From a virus, in the IMG/VR virus record IMGVR_UViG_3300049215_000686, positions 64,001 to 128,000 of that record: a stretch of DNA of 64,000 nucleotides; one strand, 5' to 3'. The notes beneath the pieces were generated by a model. It saw only the letters and a list, made by a program, of their open reading frames with translations. It made no database searches and was not told the DNA's origin. A program made the position numbers and the translations under genes. Below are positions 1-7,066 of the stretch, in pieces. Positions within the stretch are counted from its first letter, which is position 1, and each line of letters starts with the position of its first letter.

Positions 1-367
1 GTCCCTTTTGATCCATTCCCTTTTGTTCAATTCCATTTTTCCAAACCGTCAATCGATTGGGCCGTTGTCGCTCGATCGAAATCTCATCCGGTCCGAATCT
101 TTCGGTAATCTTGACCCGAGTTGCGCCGGCTGGTTGATTGTATTTTCGTCGGATTACCGCGTCTGACTGACCGCCTTTAGGCCCCTTCCACCTTGGGAGC
201 CATCCATACCGGCACCAAAACCAGCAATCCAAAAGAGAACTTTTGCCGCAAGCATTACTTCCTCCAGTATCTTTATTAAAGCCATCAATCAAAGTGAGAC
301 CTTCAGGAAGTTCCCAATCAATCTTTGGAAATGACCGAAAATTCTCGGCCTCGATTCTAAGGCTCAT
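1..367 (-). CDS. SbcC/Rad50 (gp46-like) ATPase, N-terminal part; runs off the window
   Basis: Manual translation from ATG at 367: MSLRIEAENFRSFPKIDWELPEGLTLIDGFNKDTGGSNACGKSSLLDCWFW. NFRS motif and G..N..GKSS Walker A are typical of Rad50/SbcC. Not in the ORF track. Confidence 0.85.
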   Translation of the reverse strand, partial: MSLRIEAENFRSFPKIDWELPEGLTLIDGFNKDTGGSNACGKSSLLDCWFWCRYGWLPRWKGPKGGQSDAVIRRKYNQPAGATRVKITERFGPDEISIERQRPNRLTVWKNGIEQKGMDQKG

Positions 368-1710
368 TTTTGTTCCACCGGAATTTGAATTTGTCGATTC
401 TTATCGTCATTTGCAAAAAGGTGGGTCGCACATCGATCATAAGAACTCACGCACTGAACAGCGACCGGACAATGGCCGTTTCTGACCTTATCCAAAAGAA
501 AAACGATTCGGTTCTCTTCCACATCCGATTCCGAGCGGTTCATAGTAATGACGTTGCTTGATTTTTTTACCGTCCCCCAAGAATCGCCAACATCTGTACA
601 GCGTAAAAGATCCGCCCCCGAGCGATTCATTTTGTGGGCAAGGCGATTTACTTGAGCACCGCCCGCTCCTGCAACATTCAGTTCACAGCAAAGTTGTTTC
701 AATTCCCCGGTGACATGCTCATGAAGGCTATAAAGGCTGTCCATCGTCTTAAAGGCTTTGGTCTTGAGACATTGAAGATAGTCATCGATCAGCAAGTGAT
801 ATTCCCATTGATCCAACATTCTTCGGGCTTGATCACAAACACTTTCAACGAAGGCCTCCTTGCCGTACATAAACCGTAAAATAACGTACTCTTTGATCAG
901 TTCATCCGCCTCTTTGATCTTTTTATTATCCTCTTCCGATCGCATCGATTTTGGCAGAACCAATCGATTATACGGAACTTCAGAAAAACATGAAAGGTAT
1001 CTCAGTTTTGTCGGGATCTCCTCGTCTTCATGAATCATGACAAAGGTTCGCTTTTTTTTGAGTAAACAAGCCGCTTTAGCCAAATTCGGACAAAGCATGG
1101 ATTTTCCGACGTTGGATCCCCCCAAAAAGGTCGTCCAGGTTTGGGGCATCATCCCACCTTGCATCGACTGATCAATAATGTGGATGCCAGTAGGGATCGT
1201 CTCTTTCGTTTGTAAGGCGGCTAATTCCAAAAGTCGATCAGCATCACCGAATCGAACCAAGCGGTCATTCTCAAAATCAGCGTCATGAAGTTCCGCGAGT
1301 TTGTTTCGGATAAAATCATAACAAGATTGCCGATTGCCCGAATTATAAAGATCCACACTTTCTTTAATCGAACTCACAAAGATGTTGGCCTGAATGAACG
1401 CGGTCAATTCCTTTTTCAAATAGTCTCGACCTATGCTTTCAGTCGCCAGGATCGAGTCCAACTCTTTTCGATAAAGGTCTTGCTGGTCCTTATGTTTAAG
1501 AATCTCGCCCGCTAATTCTTCTGACCCCGGCGAGCGGCCAAATTCCTTAAAGAAATCAGTCACTTTTCTATAAAACCACGACAATTCTCCGCTAAAAAAG
1601 TCATCTCGAAGGTAATTTGAAGCCTTAGAGCAAAATACCCGATCAGCAAGCATGGTCTTTATGACGCATCTCTGAAATTCAGGACCATGTCGAAGGGTGA
1701 TTGATGACAT
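364..1710 (-). CDS. DnaB-like replicative helicase
   Basis: IPTGI..ID...GG, Walker A GGSNVGKS, LLIDDYLQ, QVNR and LDKVRNG motifs. Confidence 0.9.
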   Translation of the reverse strand: MSSITLRHGPEFQRCVIKTMLADRVFCSKASNYLRDDFFSGELSWFYRKVTDFFKEFGRSPGSEELAGEILKHKDQQDLYRKELDSILATESIGRDYLKKELTAFIQANIFVSSIKESVDLYNSGNRQSCYDFIRNKLAELHDADFENDRLVRFGDADRLLELAALQTKETIPTGIHIIDQSMQGGMMPQTWTTFLGGSNVGKSMLCPNLAKAACLLKKKRTFVMIHEDEEIPTKLRYLSCFSEVPYNRLVLPKSMRSEEDNKKIKEADELIKEYVILRFMYGKEAFVESVCDQARRMLDQWEYHLLIDDYLQCLKTKAFKTMDSLYSLHEHVTGELKQLCCELNVAGAGGAQVNRLAHKMNRSGADLLRCTDVGDSWGTVKKSSNVITMNRSESDVEENRIVFLLDKVRNGHCPVAVQCVSSYDRCATHLFANDDKNRQIQIPVEQK

Positions 1711-1823
1711 GAAAATGATCTCCTTTAATCAATATACGTTTATTGAATTTTGGCTTAAGCATCTAAATTGGTCTTGTTTTTTTGAATCAATTGACCTATA
1801 CAATCAACGAAAGAGGTATTTGA

Positions 1824-2165
1824 ATGAGTAAGCGTAAGAAGTGGACGCCCGAGGAAAAGGAGCAAATTCTTCAAAAGATTAAAGAATTAAAAGCCCAAAT
1901 GCCGCTGGTTAAGGCCTGCAAAGAAGCCGGGATCAATTACAATACTTATTTCACCTGGAACAATCCTCGCAACAAGAAGAAATACCGGAAGCGTAAGCCT
2001 GTAATGGTTACTTCTTTAGTGGCAACAGATCCCATACCTCAAAGCCCAGACTATTTCAGACAGTCCTTGGGCGAAAACCCCAATAAACCTACCACAAACC
2101 AAGTCGCAGAAATGCTTGCCGTAATGAATGCGCACGCTTTAAGGACGCTGCTTTCAGGAGAATAA
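1824..2165 (+). CDS. HTH protein resembling IS66 TnpA
   Basis: RKKWTPEEKEQI...ACKEAGINYNTYFTW transposase-type HTH. Confidence 0.65.
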   Translation: MSKRKKWTPEEKEQILQKIKELKAQMPLVKACKEAGINYNTYFTWNNPRNKKKYRKRKPVMVTSLVATDPIPQSPDYFRQSLGENPNKPTTNQVAEMLAVMNAHALRTLLSGE

Positions 2166-2168
2166 TCC

Positions 2169-2627
2169 ATGACTCAAACAGCAACCGAAAAAAAGAAAAA
2201 CAAAAACCAATTGATCTTTGACTTTTCTCTCGCTCGATCGCCCGAAAAGGTCGCAGATAAAAAAGTCCCTGTAGGAACTTATTTTCGGAAACAAACCTTT
2301 TTCAATATCGACTTCAGATTTCGTCATCGGGGCTTTAACGAAATTTCCCGTCAAGCAGGAATTAACCTCAAGGAACTTTCGCCAGGCAATGTGGTTGTTT
2401 TCTTAAATACAGCCCAAACCCAAATCATCATCGCCTTTAGCGACCAAGGAATGTACCATTGGAATAATGGTAAAAGAAAAATTGAACTTCGAGCCATTGA
2501 CGATATGATCATCCGCTTCAATCGAATCGGCAAAATGGCTTACGAAGATGGATTGGCTGATTTCTTAATTAAGCGCGGACATGGCGTTGAAGACGAAAAA
2601 GTAAAAAAGAATTCGAAACTCAATTAA
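2169..2627 (+). CDS. IS66 TnpB (Orf2)-like protein
   Basis: DFRFRHRGFNEI...SPGNVVVFLNTAQTQIIIAFSDQG parallels the TnpB pattern DMRKGFDGL...SGxLFVFxNRRRDRIKILxWDGDG. Confidence 0.55.
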   Translation: MTQTATEKKKNKNQLIFDFSLARSPEKVADKKVPVGTYFRKQTFFNIDFRFRHRGFNEISRQAGINLKELSPGNVVVFLNTAQTQIIIAFSDQGMYHWNNGKRKIELRAIDDMIIRFNRIGKMAYEDGLADFLIKRGHGVEDEKVKKNSKLN

Positions 2628-2899
2628 GGCTTTTTGTTCTTAATGATGTTTTCAATATCGCCCTCGGATGACTGCCCATCCTGTCCGACAGTCTTATTTT
2701 GATCATCAATTTGAGATTGGGTATCAGTTCGGTCTTGCTGGGTGGCCGTGTTAGCGGCAGCGTCTTTTTCGCCTTTGATCCAGCGCATAAAGAAAAACGC
2801 TCCGATCCCAATCCCCAATCCAAAAACAAGTTTTAGGATGATTGTTACCAAATCACCCCCAAAAACGTTGCTCAAGATATTCAATAAATCCATGACCAT
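2624..2899 (-). CDS. small membrane-anchored protein (possible lysis-related)
   Basis: One hydrophobic segment followed by a polar tail. Confidence 0.5.
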   Translation of the reverse strand: MVMDLLNILSNVFGGDLVTIILKLVFGLGIGIGAFFFMRWIKGEKDAAANTATQQDRTDTQSQIDDQNKTVGQDGQSSEGDIENIIKNKKP

Positions 2900-3867
2900 T
2901 TTCCTTTAACGGGATCATATTCACCGATGACAGATCGCCCATGGATAGTTAAAAGCCGCAAAACGTGGAATCGAGCGGGATCAAAATCAAAAATTGCTTC
3001 ACGATCAATTTTAAAATCAGAATCAAGCGCGATTACTGAAACATTCTCATCGCCTGAGATTTCAATTTTTGAATCTTTTTGGACGATTGCCGGAATGGGT
3101 AAAGGGAGAAATTTCGTATCGTAGCCATCAATGAACCAACTGATTCTAAGCGGTCCAGAAGGTAAAAAAGCAACCCCATTGAGAACACAGGTCTTCACTC
3201 CCACTTCATCTATAAATTTATTGAGCGGAATATTTAAAATACCATTTTCAACGGGAAGGTTTACCGGATTTGGCTGAACTCCACAAAGGGAACTTTCAAA
3301 AGCCACTTGAACCTGAGAAGCGTCTCCTACGTCCGGAATCACCGCAATTTGAGTTGGATTTTTACCAGCGGCCACCTTATCGGCGAATCCCATAAAAGAC
3401 TGTCCAGCGTTAAGAACTCGAATCCACAAATGTCCAACAAACGAATGAATAACGAGCCCGCTCGAATCTTCCTCAGGAAACTCGGGAGAAACAACAAAAC
3501 TAATAAGACAACTTTGAGAAGCCTTGCCCGCCAAATAATAGGGAACCAAATTGTTGCTTAAATAACGCACGGAATCAGGCAAGGGATTATCCAGTCGGCA
3601 ATTCGTCGAAACGCGAATTGTGCCTTGGTAATATCCTTGAATTGCAAATCCCACATTATCAAGATCTTGCTCGGTTAAAACCGGACAAATCCCGATCCCG
3701 TGGAAACGCTTCCCACAAGCAGAAAATTCAGCAGAATGGTAATTGGCTTGAGTAGAGGGAATCACGGAATCATTTCTGATCTGATTCCCTCCACAAGAAC
3801 TGAGAAAAAGACTTAAGAAGAGGAACCAGAAGCCGGAGGTGCAGGCGGGGCGGGAGGATTTTGCCAT
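2881..3867 (-). CDS. putative lipoprotein
   Basis: Hydrophobic stretch plus lipobox LSSC; 328-aa ORF. Confidence 0.6.
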   Translation of the reverse strand: MAKSSRPACTSGFWFLFLSLFLSSCGGNQIRNDSVIPSTQANYHSAEFSACGKRFHGIGICPVLTEQDLDNVGFAIQGYYQGTIRVSTNCRLDNPLPDSVRYLSNNLVPYYLAGKASQSCLISFVVSPEFPEEDSSGLVIHSFVGHLWIRVLNAGQSFMGFADKVAAGKNPTQIAVIPDVGDASQVQVAFESSLCGVQPNPVNLPVENGILNIPLNKFIDEVGVKTCVLNGVAFLPSGPLRISWFIDGYDTKFLPLPIPAIVQKDSKIEISGDENVSVIALDSDFKIDREAIFDFDPARFHVLRLLTIHGRSVIGEYDPVKGKWSWIY

Positions 3868-4190
3868 CCAGAAATTGCTCCTTTAATTGCTGACACAGCA
3901 CGCATCATATAATCCATCACCTTAAGCATCGTTGCGGAAAGTGGGATATTCGCATGAGGGAATACTTCAAGAACAGGCAACACGTAAGTCTGCCAAACAG
4001 TTACAATTTTTGCCGCAAGTTCATCATCAGTCTTTGACGCGGTGAGCGAAACAATAAATTGTAAGAGTTCAATGAGGATCGTCATTACAGGAACAAATGC
4101 GATCCCGTAAGCGCCAATAATGCCCAAAATACCGAATTTTGCACCCAGCATGGCAAGAAGTGGCTGAAGAATAGAAGAAATAATGTCCAT
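3813..4190 (-). CDS. membrane protein, holin-like
   Basis: SD GGAGG upstream; 2-3 hydrophobic helices; SKTDD motif. Confidence 0.5.
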   Translation of the reverse strand: MDIISSILQPLLAMLGAKFGILGIIGAYGIAFVPVMTILIELLQFIVSLTASKTDDELAAKIVTVWQTYVLPVLEVFPHANIPLSATMLKVMDYMMRAVSAIKGAISGWQNPPAPPAPPASGSSS

Positions 4191-4247
4191 AAAAACCTCC
4201 TTAATGGAATGAACCCATTATCGAAGGCAAAAGGCAGATTGAGATTT

Positions 4248-4323
4248 TGGAGCCGCTGGACCGACTTGAACGGTCATCACAATCGTACCGGGATTGTGTT
4301 TTTACCAGTTAAACTACAGCGGC
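4248..4323 (-). tRNA. tRNA-Thr(GGT)
   Basis: Cloverleaf GCCGCTG..CAGCGGC-T-CCA; anticodon loop CCGGTAC; TTCAAG T-loop. Confidence 0.9.
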
Positions 4324-4324
4324 A

Positions 4325-4410
4325 TGGAGCCGATAGGATGATTCGAACATCCGTGGGATCTCTCCGCTCGTTTACAAAACGAGTGCAATCGTCCTCTATG
4401 CGATATCGGC
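4325..4410 (-). tRNA. tRNA-Thr(TGT) with long variable arm
   Basis: GCCGATA acceptor; CTCGT-TTTGTAA-ACGAG anticodon arm; GGA-GAGA-TCC extra arm; CCA encoded. Confidence 0.85.
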
Positions 4411-4427
4411 AATAACATCGGCGAATT

Positions 4428-4501
4428 TGGAGCCTCGTGGCTGAATCGAACAGCCGATTGCTGAATACGAATCAGCAGTTATACCGTTTAACTAACGAGG
4501 C
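4428..4501 (-). tRNA. tRNA-Thr(CGT)
   Basis: GCTGA-TTCGTAT-TCAGC anticodon arm; CCA end. Confidence 0.9.
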
Positions 4502-4516
4502 AAAGATCAGCAAATT

Positions 4517-4591
4517 TGGTGCGCGAGCCGGGAATTGAACCCGAATCTCATGACTGGCAGTCACGCATCATAGCCTTTAGACCACTCACGC
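4517..4591 (-). tRNA. tRNA-Gly(GCC)
   Basis: Anticodon loop CTGCCAG; GCGTGAG/CTCGCGC acceptor; A73. Confidence 0.9.
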
Positions 4592-4593
4592 AT

Positions 4594-4668
4594 TGGACCG
4601 GGTAGCGGGAATCGAACCCGCGAATCGACGTTGGAAGCGTCGCGTGTTACCACTAGCACTACACCCGG
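4594..4668 (-). tRNA. tRNA-Gly(TCC)
   Basis: CGACG-CTTCCAA-CGTCG anticodon arm; CCA end. Confidence 0.92.
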
Positions 4669-4727
4669 AAAGAAAACTATCTTTTACAAAATCCCCCATT
4701 TTGGATAAAATAGTTTCCATTTTTAAA

Positions 4728-4808
4728 TGGCGGGGTACACGGAAGTCGAATCCGTCTGATCTCTCGCGTGACAGGCGAGTGGCCACTCCCATCGCAGCCC
4801 CGTACCCC
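4728..4808 (-). tRNA. tRNA-Asp(GTC)
   Basis: CTCGC-CTGTCAC-GCGAG anticodon arm; G73; CCA. Confidence 0.9.
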
Positions 4809-4848
4809 AAAAACAAAAACCCCAGGAACCTTTCGGCACCTGGGGTTT
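4809..4848 (-). terminator. attenuator 1 intrinsic terminator
   Basis: AAACCCCAGGTGCC-GAAA-GGTTCCTGGGG followed by TTTTTGTTTTT, abutting the 5' end of tRNA-Asp. Confidence 0.9.
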
Positions 4849-4874
4849 GGAAACTTTTTGTTATTAAGCAAAAG

Positions 4875-4952
4875 TTACACAATCACCCCAGGAAGATTTG
4901 TATCTCCGTCCGTACCGGTTCCAGTGATGGTGTTTGTAATGAATTTGCTCAT
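4875..4952 (-). CDS. Thr/Gly/Asp-rich leader peptide MSKFITNTITGTGTDGDTNLPGVIV
   Basis: ATG..TAA, 25 aa; codons 10-18 are all T/G/D; 3' part contains TTCCTGGGGT, complementary to the terminator 5' arm. Confidence 0.85.
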   Translation of the reverse strand: MSKFITNTITGTGTDGDTNLPGVIV

Positions 4953-4958
4953 ATGTTT

Positions 4959-4987
4959 ATAATACCAAAATGAGTTCAGACCCACAA
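4959..4987 (-). promoter_or_regulatory. sigma70-type promoter for leader 1 (leaderless transcript)
   Basis: TTGTGG-17 nt-TATTAT with TG extension; ATG 6 nt after the -10; no SD. Confidence 0.6.
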
Positions 4988-5002
4988 CGGTATAGTACAG
5001 AT

Positions 5003-5194
5003 ATGCCTGACATTACCATGTGCGACAATGAAAAATGTGCGCTGCGGCAAGACTGTTACCGCTTTACGGCTCAGCCTTCTCGATTTCAGTCTTATGCCCA
5101 TTTTGAGCCCCTAGACGAAACATGTTGCGATCATTTCTGGTGCAACAGTTCAGAAAAATTGGCACCGGACACAGGAGTCGAACCCGTTTCTTGA
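5003..5194 (+). CDS. small Cys-rich phage protein (MPDITMC...CYRFTA type)
   Basis: Probable leaderless start 6 nt after TATAGT; C-terminus overlaps tRNA-Trp antisense. Confidence 0.6.
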   Translation: MPDITMCDNEKCALRQDCYRFTAQPSRFQSYAHFEPLDETCCDHFWCNSSEKLAPDTGVEPVS

Positions 5195-5230
5195 ATTTTG
5201 GAGGTTCAATTGCGCCCCGCGCTATCCGGT
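5160..5230 (-). tRNA. tRNA-Trp(CCA) with reduced D-arm
   Basis: Anticodon loop CTCCAAA; T-arm ACGGG-TTCGACT-CCTGT; G73-CCA; D-arm only GCGC-GGG-GCGC. Confidence 0.75.
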
Positions 5231-5280
5231 GTCTTATCCCTTATAGGTAATAAACTGGCTTTATAACCTATGGGTAATAA

Positions 5281-5358
5281 TGGTGCCGCAGATCCGAATC
5301 GAACGGATATTATGTCTGATCTTCAGTCAGATGCCATGACCACGTAGGCGACTGCGGC
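5281..5358 (-). tRNA. tRNA-Phe(GAA)
   Basis: TCTGA-CTGAAGA-TCAGA anticodon arm; CCA. Confidence 0.9.
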
Positions 5359-5363
5359 AAATT

Positions 5364-5439
5364 TGGTGGACCGACCCGGACTTGAACCGGGAATCCCTCG
5401 GTGCAAGCGAGGAGTTTTACCAATTAACACTATCAGCCC
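5364..5439 (-). tRNA. tRNA-Ala(TGC)
   Basis: G3:U70 pair; loop CTTGCAC; CCA. Confidence 0.93.
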
Positions 5440-5444
5440 AATTT

Positions 5445-5530
5445 TGGTCGGAGGAGCAGGACTCGAACCTGCGAAGCCCAAAGACGCGTGATTTACAGTC
5501 ACGTGGGTTAGCCGCTCCCACCATCCTCCG
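5445..5530 (-). tRNA. tRNA-Tyr(GTA)
   Basis: Loop CTGTAAA; long variable region; C1:G72 acceptor; A73. Confidence 0.88.
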
Positions 5531-5735
5531 AAATTTTCACATCAACTCCGAGTTCAAACCATCCCTTCCAGTGTTCGCCATTCCAAGTTTTTCTCTCAGA
5601 CTGAAATAGCCGCTTATTATCCCGAGATCTTCCTCCAAAAATCAAGAACATGTATTCTCCGTGTTCATGAATCCGGTTTTTGGCTCGATGGCTAATTGGG
5701 ATGAGTTTGACTTTGATACCTTTGTCCATTTCCAT
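5508..5735 (-). CDS. hypothetical protein within the tRNA operon
   Basis: ORF track; 3' end runs into tRNA-Tyr. Confidence 0.5.
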   Translation of the reverse strand: MEMDKGIKVKLIPISHRAKNRIHEHGEYMFLIFGGRSRDNKRLFQSERKTWNGEHWKGWFELGVDVKISEDGGSG

Positions 5736-5914
5736 AAATCACTTTTCCGAATTGAAATCGCCTGCATCCGTCCTTGATAAACTCGTAAAGTCCGGTTCCA
5801 ATAACTCACGATCAAGGAAATCAGTTCGTCACTTTCTCCAAGAACTTTTTGAATTTCGAAATCAATATCGAGACAACTCATGTGTCGATAAAGATGGCCA
5901 GATTTAATTTTCAT
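5642..5914 (-). CDS. hypothetical protein within the tRNA operon
   Basis: ORF track; start overlaps the previous stop. Confidence 0.45.
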   Translation of the reverse strand: MKIKSGHLYRHMSCLDIDFEIQKVLGESDELISLIVSYWNRTLRVYQGRMQAISIRKSDLWKWTKVSKSNSSQLAIEPKTGFMNTENTCS

Positions 5915-6104
5915 TTTTTGGCTTCCATCGCGTCTTTCGATACCGTTTCCAAGATCTCCGAGACCTAGACCATCCTCGCTTTGAATTTTCTCCTCGATTC
6001 GGCGGACAAATAGGGCATCGAAGTTTTACCCGCGAAGCCTTCTTATAAACCGCGCTATTGGTCGTTCCCGTTAATTCGTTATGATTTCGTCTTTTATCAC
6101 CCAT
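5904..6104 (-). CDS. small very basic protein (CPICPP..N / SWKRYRKTRWK)
   Basis: SD GGGAGG upstream, sequestered in a hairpin; R/K-rich. Confidence 0.7.
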   Translation of the reverse strand: MGDKRRNHNELTGTTNSAVYKKASRVKLRCPICPPNRGENSKRGWSRSRRSWKRYRKTRWKPKNEN

Positions 6105-6118
6105 TGCATGAATCCTCC

Positions 6119-6154
6119 CTAGTGGAAGGTCATGCGTCCTCGAATGTGCTTCAT
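6119..6154 (-). CDS. micro-ORF MKHIRGRMTFH (candidate translational leader)
   Basis: TAG stop lies at the apex of the hairpin 6106-6135 that hides the downstream SD. Confidence 0.5.
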   Translation of the reverse strand: MKHIRGRMTFH

Positions 6155-6161
6155 AATTTTT

Positions 6162-6236
6162 TGGTGGGGCCGAAGAGAATCGAACTCTTTCCTGGCAGAT
6201 TAAAAGTCTGCGGTGCCGCCTTTACACCACGACCCC
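6162..6236 (-). tRNA. tRNA-Lys(TTT)
   Basis: GCAGA-CTTTTAA-TCTGC; CCA. Confidence 0.93.
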
Positions 6237-6240
6237 AATT

Positions 6241-6315
6241 TGGCGGGATCGCAGAGACTTGAACTCTGATACACGGATTAAGAGTCCGCTGTAATAGCCG
6301 TTATACGACGATCCC
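6241..6315 (-). tRNA. tRNA-Lys(CTT)
   Basis: GCGGA-CTCTTAA-TCCGT; CCA. Confidence 0.93.
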
Positions 6316-6351
6316 CAATTTTTCCTTTCGTTTTCGTTTGTGTCGTTTCAT
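6301..6351 (-). CDS. Lys/Arg micro-ORF MKRHKRKRKEKLGIVV
   Basis: SD AAAGGA; AAA-CGA codon repeats; reads into the 5' end of tRNA-Lys(CTT). Confidence 0.5.
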   Translation of the reverse strand: MKRHKRKRKEKLGIVV

Positions 6352-6368
6352 ATCGTTCCTTTAAATTT

Positions 6369-6443
6369 TGGCTCCAGGGGCAGGTTACGCTCCTGCATAT
6401 GACGCGTTAACAGCGCGTTCCTTTACTAGTCAGGCACCCTGGA
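6369..6443 (-). tRNA. tRNA-Asn(GTT) with non-canonical T-loop
   Basis: ACGCG-CTGTTAA-CGCGT; TCCAGGG acceptor; G73; T-loop AGCGTAA. Confidence 0.82.
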
Positions 6444-6885
6444 ATATATCTTTTCTTAAGCCCCGAATCTTACACGAACTGAAAGTCCCTCTCGCCATCC
6501 CAACAATTTTACAAGCATCATGTTCTGAATGTCCTAATTCTATAAGTTCAAGAACCTTAATGAACTTTTCATCAGAAATAGTCCTGGCTTCGGACTGGGG
6601 AATATCTTTAAATCTCTCACTCAAGTCTTTCTTTGTTTTTTCTAAATGGCATGACCGACAAAGCACTTGACATTTTTTAAGTTCCGCGTCTCTTTTAGAT
6701 TGAGTCCAACTCCAAATACGTGAAGAAACTTTAGTTTTAGGATCAATATGATCTAATTCCAATTCTTGCCATGATCCACATTGAACACAAGGTCCCTTTG
6801 CATCAAACCATTCCTTACGTCTTCTCGCCATCCATTCCCTTTGATACTTTCAAAGGTACTCCCTTCTTTCTTCCCTGATCGGCAT
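6430..6885 (-). CDS. HNH homing endonuclease (in-frame TGA at codon 12; ORF track starts at 6831)
   Basis: CVQCG..LELDHIDP...CQVLCRSCH; upstream in-frame MPIREERREYL*KYQREW. Confidence 0.8.
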
Positions 6886-6906
6886 ATATACAACATACCG
6901 ATCGCC

Positions 6907-6949
6907 AAAAAACGAAAACCCCGCTCAATCTTTTACGACTGGCGGGGTT
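6907..6949 (-). terminator. attenuator 2 intrinsic terminator
   Basis: AACCCCGC-CAGTC-GTAAAA-GATTG-A-GCGGGGTT followed by TTCGTTTTTT. Confidence 0.88.
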
Positions 6950-6976
6950 CTTAGAATCTTTTTTGTTTAAACAAAC

Positions 6977-7057
6977 TTACAAGAAAGATTTCACCCCGCG
7001 AGCCACCCAATTGGTCGCATTATTTTTAAAGTTATAGGCGAAATAATTCTTGTTCAT
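6977..7057 (-). CDS. Asn/Lys/Tyr/Phe/Ala/Trp-rich leader peptide MNKNYFAYNFKNNATNWVARGVKSFL
   Basis: ATG..TAA, 26 aa; 15 of residues 2-17 are N/K/Y/F/A/W; GCGGGGT in the 3' part is complementary to the terminator 5' arm. Confidence 0.85.
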   Translation of the reverse strand: MNKNYFAYNFKNNATNWVARGVKSFL

Positions 7058-7066
7058 ATATTTACT

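Noticed and set aside
4325-4410. Calling this tRNA-Tyr (GTA in loop, long arm)
   Set aside because: The 7-nt loop TTTGTAA centres TGT; the acceptor is Thr-like and it is flanked by Thr tRNAs.
4809-4952. T-box riboswitch as the explanation for the terminators before the tRNAs
   Set aside because: No T-box AGGGTGGNACC consensus or Stem I; the leaders are short and hold an ORF with cognate codons.
6850-6852. Stop-codon reassignment (TGA)
   Set aside because: Core genes are intact under code 11 and use TGA and TAG as stops; no suppressor tRNA is present.
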